From Bordetella parapertussis (GTDB lineage Bacteria; Pseudomonadota; Gammaproteobacteria; Burkholderiales; SG8-41): 64,000 bases of DNA. Position 1 is the first letter of the stretch. Each line of letters begins with the position of its first letter. The notes beneath the pieces were generated by a model. That model did not search any database. It had not been told where the DNA came from and saw only the letters and a list, made by a program, of their open reading frames with translations. Of the stretch, positions 30,237 to 39,202 are shown in pieces. The DNA is taken from positions 36,126 through 100,125 of the forward strand of contig CAMDSO010000002.1 of NCBI GenBank assembly GCA_945906935.1. The letters are read 5' to 3'. Both the position numbers and the translations under genes were made by a program.

Positions 30237-31070
30237 CTAATGACCTGCCATGAAGCCGGTGAAGACGCTCGCCAGAGCGGCTTCGCGCTCCTGCCATTCG
30301 TCGCGCGGGCTTAGATCGAGATCGTAATCGGCCAGCCCGAGGCTGTGTAATTCGGCAGCCGGTAGCAAGGTGGCCAGATTTTCGCCAACGCGGCGAGGAT
30401 GGCTGTTGTCATTGCCCGGTATCACGCAGGCCGGTGTGCTGATCGAACGCAGTTCTTTTTCGCTGGCACCGATGATCGGCAGATCGATGCCGTCGATGAA
30501 ATAGCGGTTCCAGCGTTCCATCACGTTGATGAAATGTGGCACCTCCATCGCCATCAGCCGTGCACGGTTTTCAGCGCGCTCGGCGATGCGTGCCTTGAAG
30601 TGTTCGGTTTCGCACACCGCCGCCATAGCGCCTTGTTGCGCCGCCTCGATATACTGCGTGTAGTAGTTACGTGCGAGGCGCCGCGCTGCGGTGCCACCGC
30701 CAGTGACGCGCCAGATCAACAGTCCCTGCACCGCCTGCGGGAAACGCAGCGCGTAGAGGATCGCCATGCGACAACCCGACGAGCTGCCACCGACGAAGGC
30801 GCGCGTGGCGCCGAGTTGGGTCAGCAGAGCGTGAAGATCGTCGGCCCAGATTTCGTATTCGGAACCTTCGCCGTCGATCGATACATCGGAGGCGCCGCAA
30901 TTGCGCCGGTCGTGTATCAGCACGCGGTAGCCCGCTGCGGCGATGCGCTGCGCGATTGAGGTAACGCCTTCGATGCCGCGCCGGCCGCCCGGGGCAATTG
31001 CTACCCATGGGCCGCTGTTGCCGATGATTTCGTAGTGCAGCGTGACGCCGCGGATGGATGCGTGTGCCAT
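30237..31070 (-). CDS. Alpha/beta-fold hydrolase
   Basis: PGG oxyanion loop, DRRNCGASD, WADDL, G-S-S-S-G elbow. Confidence 0.85.
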   Translation of the reverse strand: MAHASIRGVTLHYEIIGNSGPWVAIAPGGRRGIEGVTSIAQRIAAAGYRVLIHDRRNCGASDVSIDGEGSEYEIWADDLHALLTQLGATRAFVGGSSSGCRMAILYALRFPQAVQGLLIWRVTGGGTAARRLARNYYTQYIEAAQQGAMAAVCETEHFKARIAERAENRARLMAMEVPHFINVMERWNRYFIDGIDLPIIGASEKELRSISTPACVIPGNDNSHPRRVGENLATLLPAAELHSLGLADYDLDLSPRDEWQEREAALASVFTGFMAGH

Positions 31071-31202
31071 TCAGGTTCCGGGTTGGGGTTGGGATGCAGG
31101 CCTGCTATTCTAATGAATCTGTGCTGCTTGTAGTTTCTGCGTGGTGCGCTGCGCCGCTGACGTTCGTGTCATGATCCAGGTGTATCCGGGAGGGGGGAAT
31201 GC

Positions 31203-32084
31203 ATGAAAAAAGTTTCGTTGATTCATCGTAACAACCAGCGGCATTGGGTCGGCGACGGCTTTCCGGTGCGTACGATGTTTTCCTATGCCGATCTGGCGCG
31301 CGAACTGTCGCCCTTTCTGTTGCTCGATTACGCGGGGCCCTATCAGTTTCCGCCGTCGGAAAAGCGCCGCGGCGTTGGCGAACATCCGCATCGCGGCTTC
31401 GAGACCGTCACCATCGTCTATGACGGCGAGGTCGAGCACCGCGATTCAACCGGTGCTGGCGGCGTGATCGGGCCGGGAGATGTGCAATGGATGACGGCGG
31501 CGGCGGGTATCGTGCATGAAGAGTTTCACAGCCGTGAATTTTCAGCGCGCGGTGGCGCCTTTGAGTGCATCCAGCTTTGGGTCAATCTGGCGGCGAAAGA
31601 TAAGGGCTTGGCGCCCGGCTATCAAGGCATCATCTCGACGCAGATTCCGCAGGTGGAAATGGCCGACGCGGCCGGCAGTGTGCGCGTGATCGCCGGCTGT
31701 TATCGCGGTGCCGAGGGCCCGGCGCGCAGCCACAGCCCGATGCAGGTGTGGGACGTGCGCCTGAAAAAGGGCGCGCGCGTGTCCTTCAATCTGAACGACG
31801 GCGATAGCGCCGCGTTGTTCGTCAGGAACGGCGAGTTGAAATTTGCCGGCGGCGAAACGGCCGGCGAGGCGACACTCGCGGTGTTCGAGCGTGCCGGCAG
31901 CGAACTCGTGTGCGACGTCGTCGAGGAAACCAAGCTGTTGCTGTTGAGCGGCCAACCCTTCGACGAACCGATCGTCGGTTACGGGCCCTTCGTGATGAAT
32001 AGCGAGGTGGAGATACGCGCCGCAATCGAGGATTATCGCGGTGGCAAGATGGGACACATCGCGGTCTCGGCCCTCGCTGATTAG
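31203..32084 (+). CDS. Pirin-family protein
   Basis: SPFLLLD, HPHRGFETVT, QWMTA..GIVHEE, QLWVNL, YGPFVMN. Confidence 0.93.
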   Translation: MKKVSLIHRNNQRHWVGDGFPVRTMFSYADLARELSPFLLLDYAGPYQFPPSEKRRGVGEHPHRGFETVTIVYDGEVEHRDSTGAGGVIGPGDVQWMTAAAGIVHEEFHSREFSARGGAFECIQLWVNLAAKDKGLAPGYQGIISTQIPQVEMADAAGSVRVIAGCYRGAEGPARSHSPMQVWDVRLKKGARVSFNLNDGDSAALFVRNGELKFAGGETAGEATLAVFERAGSELVCDVVEETKLLLLSGQPFDEPIVGYGPFVMNSEVEIRAAIEDYRGGKMGHIAVSALAD

Positions 32085-32093
32085 AGCGTCGCC

Positions 32094-32111
32094 GGCCCGC
32101 ATCGGCGGGCC
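32094..32111. terminator. Hairpin between convergent genes, possible terminator
   Basis: GGCCCGC-ATCG-GCGGGCC; no adjacent U-tract. Confidence 0.35.
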
Positions 32112-32144
32112 CATGCCGCCCGCTTCAGCAGGCGGGGTGTTGTT

Positions 32145-33122
32145 TTATTCGGGCTCGACGCCGGCCGCTTTCAAAACTTTGGCCCACTTCGGAATTTCCG
32201 CTTTGATCAGCGCTGAGAACTGCGCCGGTGTGGTCGGTGCGGGTTCGATGCCGGCCTGGAAAAACCGTTTGCCGGCATCACCATCGGCCAGCACATGCTG
32301 CAGTTCCTGATTGATGCGGTTGATCAGCGCCGGCGGTGTTTTGCCGGCAACCAGCAAGCCGTACCAGCCCGAGACGTCGTAGCCCTTCAACCCTGACTCA
32401 TCAAAGGTCGGCACTTCCGGCATCGAGGGCGAACGTTTCGGTGTAGTCATTGCAACCGCGTGCAGGCGACCGGCGCGCACATGCGGGGCACCGGTGGAGA
32501 CCGAACTGAAATGCAGCGGCACGCGGCCCGAGAGCAGGTCGGGCAGCACCGCGCCGCCGCCTTTGTATGGGATATGCGTGAAATTCACACCGGTCATGGT
32601 CTTCAGCAATTCCATCGCCAGATGCGGTGGGCTGCCGACGCCGGTTGAGGCATAGCTGATTTCACCCGGACGGACCTTGCCCCAGGCGATGAATTCAGCC
32701 ACCGTCTTCGCGGGAATCGACGCGTGTATCACCAGGAGATAGGGCCCGGTGCCGACCAGACCAACCGGTGCGAAATCGCGCACGCTGTCGTAGGGTAGTG
32801 TCTTGCGCAAGCTTGGATTGACGGCGAAACCGGCGGCGACCACGATCAGCGTGTGACCATCCGGCGTGGAGTTGGCGACGATCTCGCAACCGACCACACT
32901 GTTCGCCCCCGAGCGCGTGTCGAGCACGACCGGACGTCCGAGGCGCGTGTATAAACCGTCGGAGACGATGCGGGCGATGGTGTCGGCGGTGCCGCCCGGC
33001 GCGTAGGGCACGACCAGGCGCACCGGCCGGGTCGGATAATTTTTTACGTCCTGCGCCCGGACGGTGCAGGCGATGCCTAATGCGATAAAAAGTGCGGCCC
33101 AATGGCGCTGCGTCAAGAGCAT
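32145..33122 (-). CDS. Bug/TctC substrate-binding protein
   Basis: YPTRPVR, PYAPGGTAD, PDGHTL, HIPYKGGG. Confidence 0.92.
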   Translation of the reverse strand: MLLTQRHWAALFIALGIACTVRAQDVKNYPTRPVRLVVPYAPGGTADTIARIVSDGLYTRLGRPVVLDTRSGANSVVGCEIVANSTPDGHTLIVVAAGFAVNPSLRKTLPYDSVRDFAPVGLVGTGPYLLVIHASIPAKTVAEFIAWGKVRPGEISYASTGVGSPPHLAMELLKTMTGVNFTHIPYKGGGAVLPDLLSGRVPLHFSSVSTGAPHVRAGRLHAVAMTTPKRSPSMPEVPTFDESGLKGYDVSGWYGLLVAGKTPPALINRINQELQHVLADGDAGKRFFQAGIEPAPTTPAQFSALIKAEIPKWAKVLKAAGVEPE

Positions 33123-33246
33123 TGCAACCTCGCTGTATCTATCCCGCCACGCTCGATCGCATGGCGGTATTTTTGGCAAATCAAGTTTATTGCGGGCGCT
33201 GAGCACGCTCAGCGCGCTCAGCGTGCGCCGGGTCCCGTAGCGTCGA

Positions 33247-34284
33247 CTAAGCCTGCGCTTTCACGCCGACCTTCTCCTGCAGCAGCTTGAAGTTGTCGGC
33301 ACTCATCGCCAGTTCGCCTCTGTTGATCATGCGATCGATTTCAACAATGGCATCGTTAAATGGCGTGGCGATGCCGAGTTCGCGGCCGCGCTTGGAAACC
33401 GCGCCGGGGATGAATTCCATTTCACTGGTGCGACCCTTCATGTGATCGTGGATCGGCGCAGTGCGGCCACGGGTGACGTGGCTGAGCAGGGTGTTCATCG
33501 CTTTGATCAGGATTTCTTCGCCGGGGCCGACCATTTCGTCGGCACGCAGGCCGAAGATCGGTTCCATGCGGTAACCGAGCGCGGTACCGACAGCGAGCGA
33601 TTCCTTTCCCATGGCGATCGACATTTCGAACATGCCGGGCAGCGTGGCGGCGTCCTTGTTACCCAGACCGAGCAGGCCGAACGGACCCATCGTCATGGTG
33701 TTGGCGACGAGCTTGGTCCACTTTGTGCTGTAGATGTTGCCGGTGGCCTCGACGCGGCCGACGTGGCCGAGGATAGATTCGATTTCTTTCAGGCGCGGTG
33801 TATAGAAGCCGTCGAGTTCGCCGACACCGAACCAGGTGGTTGTATGTGTGGTGTTGCGCTTGACCTCGCCGGGCGTGAAGATTTCCGCTGACAGTTCGAG
33901 CGCACAGCCGATGACGCGGTTGCGGCCGATGATGGAGGCGATGGAGTCGTCATTGAAGCCGTTCTGCACCGGCACCAGCACGCCGTCGGCTTTCAGATAG
34001 GGTTTGATGAGTTCGGTGAGCCAGCGGTGGTCGTTCGATTTGATCGCCAGCAGTACGATGTCGAATTCAAGGCGGGCAGACGACAGTTCGCACAGATGCA
34101 GCGCACGGATCGGCGTGACGACTTCGCCGTCCGGCATACGGATGATGAGGCCGTCAGCTTTGAGTTTTTCAACCTGCGCCGGCCATTGATCGATGACCGT
34201 GACGTCGAGTCCGGCCTTGGTCAGATCGGCGCTCACGCTGCTGCCGATGGCGCCGGCGCCGACTACTGCGATTTTTTTGTTCAT
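33247..34284 (-). CDS. Ketopantoate reductase-family oxidoreductase (divergent)
   Basis: GAGAIG, VQNG, WTKLVAN, GRTSE. Confidence 0.8.
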   Translation of the reverse strand: MNKKIAVVGAGAIGSSVSADLTKAGLDVTVIDQWPAQVEKLKADGLIIRMPDGEVVTPIRALHLCELSSARLEFDIVLLAIKSNDHRWLTELIKPYLKADGVLVPVQNGFNDDSIASIIGRNRVIGCALELSAEIFTPGEVKRNTTHTTTWFGVGELDGFYTPRLKEIESILGHVGRVEATGNIYSTKWTKLVANTMTMGPFGLLGLGNKDAATLPGMFEMSIAMGKESLAVGTALGYRMEPIFGLRADEMVGPGEEILIKAMNTLLSHVTRGRTAPIHDHMKGRTSEMEFIPGAVSKRGRELGIATPFNDAIVEIDRMINRGELAMSADNFKLLQEKVGVKAQA

Positions 34285-34341
34285 GTGGGTTCCGTTGGTT
34301 CGGTTGAAGGTACTAACAGCAAAGGTCGCAACCCTGCGGCG

Positions 34342-36132
34342 CTATTTTTGCCAGGCATCGCGCAGTGTGACTGCGCGATTGAAGATCGGTGTGCCGGGTT
34401 TCGAATCGCGCAGATCGGCGACGAAGTAGCCGTGGCGTTCGAATTGGAAGCGGTCCTCGGCTTTAGCGTCCCTCAGCGACGGCTCGAGTTGCGCGCTGAT
34501 GGTTTTGACTGAATCCGGATTGAGGTCGAGCAGGAAATCGCGCTCGCCTGCGCCCGGATGTTCGGCGCTGAAGAGGCGATCAAAGAGGCGCACCTCGGCG
34601 GCATAGGAATGCTGCGCGCTGACCCAGTGGATATTACCCTTGACCTTGACCTTGTCGGAACCCGGCGTGCCGGACTTGGTATCGGCGTCATAGCTGCAGT
34701 GCACGGTGTCGGTGGCGGCGTCGTAACCGGTGCATTCGACGACAAAACCATAACGCAGGCGCACCTTGTTGCCGGGGAACAAGCGGAAGTAACCCTTGGG
34801 CGGCGTTTCGCTGAAGTCTTCGCGTTCGATCCACAACTCTTTTGAAAACGGCACCGCACGTTTGCCGAGTTCCGGCTGCTGCGGATGGTTGGGGGCCTGA
34901 CATTCCTCGGTGTGGCCGTCGGGATAATTGTCGATCACCAGTTTCAGCGGATCGAGCACCGCAATGCGGCGCGGCGCGATCTCATTGAGGTGTTCGCGCA
35001 TGCAGTCTTCGAGCGTAGCGTAATCGATCCACGAATCGCCCTTGGCGACACCGATGCGTTCGGCGAAGGCGCGGAAGGCTTCCGGTGTGTAACCGCGGCG
35101 GCGCGCGCCGACCAGTGTGGGCATGCGCGGATCGTCCCAGCCGCTGACGTGTTTTTCTTCGACCAGCTGGATGAGTTTGCGCTTCGAGAGCACGACATAG
35201 CTCAGATTGAGACGTGCGAATTCAATTTGTTTCGGTAGTGGGCGCGCCAGCAGGCCGCCGATGACGCGACCATCGGAAAGGGTCGTCGCTTCCGCAAGCT
35301 TGTCGAGCAGCCAGTCGTAGAACGGCCGCTGGTCTTCGAATTCCAGCGTGCAGATGGAGTGCGTGATGCGTTCGAGTGCGTCCTCGATCGGGTGCGCATA
35401 GGTGTACATCGGATAGATGCACCAGGTGTTGCCGGTGCGGTGATGCTCGGCGCGTTTGATGCGGTAAATCGCCGGATCGCGCAGATTGATGTTGGGCGAG
35501 GCCATGTCGATCTTCGCGCGCAGTATCAGTGCGCCGTCGGCATGTTGGCCGTCGCGCATTTCGTGGAACAGCGCGAGGGACTCTTCACGCGGGCGTTCGC
35601 GCCACGGGCTGTTTTTGCCCGGTTCCTTGAGCGTGCCGCGGTTCGCGCGCATTTCCTCGGCGGTCTGCTGATCGACGTAGGCGTGGCCGGCGCTGATCAG
35701 GTGTTCGGCGCCCTCGTACATGAAGCCGAAGTAATCGCTGGCGTAATAGAGGTTGTCGCCGCCGTGATTGTTCCAGCCGAAGCCCAGCCATTTGACGGCG
35801 GCAAGGATGGAGTCGACGTATTCCTGTTCTTCTTTTTCTGGATTAGTATCGTCGAAGCGCATATGACAGGCACCGCCAAAGTCGCGCGCCAGACCGAAAT
35901 TCAGGCAGATCGATTTGGCATGACCGAAATGCAGATAGCCGTTGGGCTCGGGCGGAAAACGCGTGCGTATTTTCGCCGCGTCGGGGTTGCCGCCGGCATG
36001 GCAGGCGGCCGCGCCGGGCTTGCCGCCCCACAGACGGGTGTCGTACTTGCCGCTGGCCAGATCCGCTTCAATGATATTGCGGATGAAATTGGTGACGTGG
36101 GCTGCAGGTGCTTTGTTGGCGGGCTGGGACAT
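34342..36132 (-). CDS. glnS: Glutamine--tRNA ligase
   Basis: TRFPPEPNGYLHFGH, RFDDTNP, CTLEF, LSKRKL, WDDPRMPT, FQFERHGYF. Confidence 0.96.
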   Translation of the reverse strand: MSQPANKAPAAHVTNFIRNIIEADLASGKYDTRLWGGKPGAAACHAGGNPDAAKIRTRFPPEPNGYLHFGHAKSICLNFGLARDFGGACHMRFDDTNPEKEEQEYVDSILAAVKWLGFGWNNHGGDNLYYASDYFGFMYEGAEHLISAGHAYVDQQTAEEMRANRGTLKEPGKNSPWRERPREESLALFHEMRDGQHADGALILRAKIDMASPNINLRDPAIYRIKRAEHHRTGNTWCIYPMYTYAHPIEDALERITHSICTLEFEDQRPFYDWLLDKLAEATTLSDGRVIGGLLARPLPKQIEFARLNLSYVVLSKRKLIQLVEEKHVSGWDDPRMPTLVGARRRGYTPEAFRAFAERIGVAKGDSWIDYATLEDCMREHLNEIAPRRIAVLDPLKLVIDNYPDGHTEECQAPNHPQQPELGKRAVPFSKELWIEREDFSETPPKGYFRLFPGNKVRLRYGFVVECTGYDAATDTVHCSYDADTKSGTPGSDKVKVKGNIHWVSAQHSYAAEVRLFDRLFSAEHPGAGERDFLLDLNPDSVKTISAQLEPSLRDAKAEDRFQFERHGYFVADLRDSKPGTPIFNRAVTLRDAWQK

Positions 36133-36307
36133 GATATGGGCTTGGTGTTGAAGACGCTATTCTAAACGATGGGATATGGCGCGATGACGTTCGTGCTTTA
36201 TTGCGAGGGGGGTTAGGCTGTTTACCGCAGACGCGGTCCGCCCGTTGAACGCCGCAGCTTGCGCTACTATCGTCGTCCTCATTGAAGCTTTGACTGGGGG
36301 TAGGAAA

Positions 36308-36511
36308 ATGACGGGGGTATGGATCACGCTGGCGCTGGGTGCTTGCATCATCATTTTTGAGTATCGCGCGGAAACCAAACCGGAGCCCAAAGACAAGCGC
36401 CGCCGTTCGCGGCCGCTTACTTCGCAGGCGAAAATTAATCTGCGCCAGCTTTTTTTCGGTACGCTGTGTGCCGCCGGGTTTGTCTGGGTGATCGGACAGA
36501 TGTTCGATTGA
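36308..36511 (+). CDS. Small hypothetical membrane protein (67 aa)
   Basis: Two hydrophobic segments flanking a basic loop; AGGA SD before ATG 36308. Confidence 0.55.
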   Translation: MTGVWITLALGACIIIFEYRAETKPEPKDKRRRSRPLTSQAKINLRQLFFGTLCAAGFVWVIGQMFD

Positions 36512-36518
36512 GTGGGCG

Positions 36519-37223
36519 TTAGCGCGTCCCCAGATAACGCGTCGGCAGTTTGGTTTCGAGCGCACGGCGTCCCGTTTGCGTGACGTGCCAGGCGCCGGCT
36601 CGCGGCAGGCTGGAAACAATGTGTTTGAGTTGCGTGCCTTCAAAATGCAGTGCCACGCCGTCATCGGCCGCCACGCCATCGGCCAGCGCGCCGCCGGCGA
36701 CCATTTTGCGGTAGGCAGGACGACGCAGTATTTCGCTGTCGTAATGCGGGCAATTGCTGCCGGGTAGAAATCCCAGGCAGGGCATGGCGGTCAGCGCGCC
36801 GGCCACGGAATCAGTGACACCCGAATCAAACCAGCAGATTGAACCGGCGCTGGCGCCACCGAGCACGACGCCTTTCTGCCACGCTTTACGCAGATAAAGA
36901 TCGAGCGACCACTCGCGCCATACCGCCAGCATGCTGCGCGTGTTGCCGCCGCCGACGAAGATCGCGTCGTGCCCAAGCACGAAATCTTCGAGATCGCAGG
37001 GCGTGCGCGCAAACAGCGGCAGATGCGTCGGGCGGCAGGTAAAGCGGCTGAAACCGGCATAAAAACGCAAACGGCCCGCATCGGCGTCACCATGCGCAGC
37101 ACCGATAAAGCAGACGCGCGGATTGCGCTTGTGTGTTTGCGCGAGGAAGTATTCAAGCAGCAGCAGGTTGTCGAGTTCGAGCGGCAGTGCGGCGCCGCCG
37201 ATGGCGATGATTTGTTTTTTCAA
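36519..37223 (-). CDS. Peptidase E (S51) family
   Basis: IIAIGG, FVGGGNT, GASAGSICWF, CPHYD; TTG start with AGGA SD. Confidence 0.88.
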   Translation of the reverse strand: MKKQIIAIGGAALPLELDNLLLLEYFLAQTHKRNPRVCFIGAAHGDADAGRLRFYAGFSRFTCRPTHLPLFARTPCDLEDFVLGHDAIFVGGGNTRSMLAVWREWSLDLYLRKAWQKGVVLGGASAGSICWFDSGVTDSVAGALTAMPCLGFLPGSNCPHYDSEILRRPAYRKMVAGGALADGVAADDGVALHFEGTQLKHIVSSLPRAGAWHVTQTGRRALETKLPTRYLGTR

Positions 37224-37452
37224 GGCTTCATCCTGTTGGTTTTGTGTGGGGCGTCGGCGCCCCTGATGAGGCGGGCGCTGCGAGCACTCGCCGCGTCCGA
37301 TTGTAGTGAACAAGGCCAGGCATCGCAGGGCCAGATTGCAATCTTCCTCCGGTCCGTCAGCGGTTGTGGTGGGGCCATAGCTCGCCTTCGAGGGCACGAG
37401 GATTTCCTCAGCGAGCGGTTTATCCTCTATTCTATGCGGCGATTAAATTGTG

Positions 37453-38436
37453 ATGACACCGTTGACCTTTCAAACCCTGCGCCTGCTCGCCGACGGTGAA
37501 TTCCGTTCCGGTGAGGCGATGGCACGCACGCTGGGCGTCTCGCGTGCAAGCATCTGGAACGCTTTGCATGCTCTTGACGGGACGGGCCTGGAGATCTTCA
37601 AGGTGCACGGTCGAGGTTACCGTTTATCGCAGCCGCTGGTGTGGCTGGAGCGCGGTGCGATTGAACGCGCACTCGGCGCCGATGCGGGAGGATTTTCCAT
37701 CGAGGTGCTCGATCTGGTGCCGTCCACCAATACCCTGCTGATGGAACGCGTTGCCGCCGGCGCACCGGGCGGCAGTGTGCTTGCCGCCGAATGGCAGACG
37801 CAGGGGCGCGGTCGTCGCGGCCGCGTCTGGCATGCCACGCCGGGCGCGGCATTGACGTTTTCCCTGTTGTGGCGTTTTCAGTTGGGAGCGAGTGCGTGGT
37901 CGGGGCTGAGCCTTGCCGTGGGTGTGGCGGTGATCCGCGCGCTGGCGCGCTGCGGGGTTGCGGATGCCGGCTTGAAGTGGCCCAATGACATCATCTGGAA
38001 GGGTCGTAAACTCGCCGGTATGTTGATTGAAATGCATGGTGAAGTCACCGGGCCCGGCGCGGTGGTGATCGGTCTCGGACTCAATTGCCGGCTGCCCGAT
38101 GCGCTGCGTGATCGTATCGACCAGCCAGTGGTTGATCTGGCGCAGATTTGCGCGGCGGCGCCCGATCGCAATCGGGTGCTGGCGCTGGTGCTGCGGGAGA
38201 TGGCCGCAGTGCTGGGCGGGTTTGCGCAGACCGGCTTTGCCGCGCTGCGCGCTGAATGGGAGAGCTATCACGTGTATCAAAACAAAGCGGTGCGTCTGAG
38301 CCTGCCGGATGGTGCCGTGCTCGATGGCCTGTGTCTGGGCGTGGATGACGATGGCGCGCTGCGTCTGCAGACGGTGGGCGGGGTGCGGCGCATCCACAGC
38401 GGTGACGTCAGTCTGAGGTTGCGGCGTGGCGCTTAA
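37453..38436 (+). CDS. birA: Biotin--[acetyl-CoA-carboxylase] ligase with N-terminal HTH
   Basis: HTH, STNT, QTQGRGRRGR.W, LKWPND, KLAGMLIE. Confidence 0.95.
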   Translation: MTPLTFQTLRLLADGEFRSGEAMARTLGVSRASIWNALHALDGTGLEIFKVHGRGYRLSQPLVWLERGAIERALGADAGGFSIEVLDLVPSTNTLLMERVAAGAPGGSVLAAEWQTQGRGRRGRVWHATPGAALTFSLLWRFQLGASAWSGLSLAVGVAVIRALARCGVADAGLKWPNDIIWKGRKLAGMLIEMHGEVTGPGAVVIGLGLNCRLPDALRDRIDQPVVDLAQICAAAPDRNRVLALVLREMAAVLGGFAQTGFAALRAEWESYHVYQNKAVRLSLPDGAVLDGLCLGVDDDGALRLQTVGGVRRIHSGDVSLRLRRGA

Positions 38437-38470
38437 GAGCACGCGCGGCATTCACCCGGCCGCCAGCCAG

Positions 38471-39196
38471 ATGCTTGCCATCGACGTCGGTAATACGCGT
38501 GTGAAATGGGGTTTGCACGACGGCACGCGCTGGTTGAAGTCGGGGCATATTGAGACCGCGAAAGCGGCTCAATTGAAAATAGTTTTTTCGCGACTTCCAG
38601 CACTCTCGGCGGTGATGGTTTCGAATGTCGCCGGCGTGGCCGCGCGTGCCGCGCTTGAACGCGCATTGCCTCAGACACCGGCCGCACGCTGGCTACGCAG
38701 TGCCGCGGCGCAGTGCGGGGTGCGTAACTCGTATGCGAAACCGGCGCAACTCGGCTGCGACCGCTGGGCCGCGTTGATCGGCGCGCGCCATCTGCAGCGT
38801 GGCGCGGCGGTGGTGGTGAATGCGGGTACCGCATTGACGGTTGATGCGCTGAGCGCCGACGGCGTGTTTGTCGGCGGTATCATTGTCCCCGGCGCCGAGT
38901 TGATGCGTAGCGCGCTTGCGCGTGATACCGCCGGATTGCGCCGGCGTGCCGGTGTCTTCAGTTTTTTTCCGGACAACACGGGGGATGCCATTGTGAGCGG
39001 CGCGGTCAATGCGCTGTGCGGTGCGATCGAGCGGATGGCGCGCAGCCTGGAGGCCGGCGGCGGACAGGAGGTGGTTTGCGTGTTGTCCGGTGGCGCGGCG
39101 GGGTTGATTGCGCCGCAGCTTAACCTTGAACTGAAGGTCGTGGATAATCTCGTGCTCGAGGGCTTGACAGTAATCTGTCGTGACGCGGCGTCCTAA
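38471..39196 (+). CDS. coaX: Type III pantothenate kinase
   Basis: IDVGNTRVKWG, LGCDRW, AGTALTVD, GGIIVPG; follows birA. Confidence 0.93.
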   Translation: MLAIDVGNTRVKWGLHDGTRWLKSGHIETAKAAQLKIVFSRLPALSAVMVSNVAGVAARAALERALPQTPAARWLRSAAAQCGVRNSYAKPAQLGCDRWAALIGARHLQRGAAVVVNAGTALTVDALSADGVFVGGIIVPGAELMRSALARDTAGLRRRAGVFSFFPDNTGDAIVSGAVNALCGAIERMARSLEAGGGQEVVCVLSGGAAGLIAPQLNLELKVVDNLVLEGLTVICRDAAS

Positions 39197-39202
39197 AATT
39201 CG

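Noticed and set aside
37263-37300. Hammerhead ribozyme core CTGATGAG followed by a hairpin
   Set aside because: The required GAAA after stem II is absent (GCGTCC instead).
37395-37430. Fluoride riboswitch-like AAACCGC..GCTGA, and an HDV-like TCCTCG, on the minus strand
   Set aside because: The 5' GATGG half and the required pairings are missing. It is kept only as an unidentified structured leader.
21285-39196. Pantothenate/CoA pathway cluster (two panE-like genes plus coaX)
   Set aside because: The genes are far apart, coaX belongs to the conserved birA block, and one panE-like protein lacks the substrate motif.
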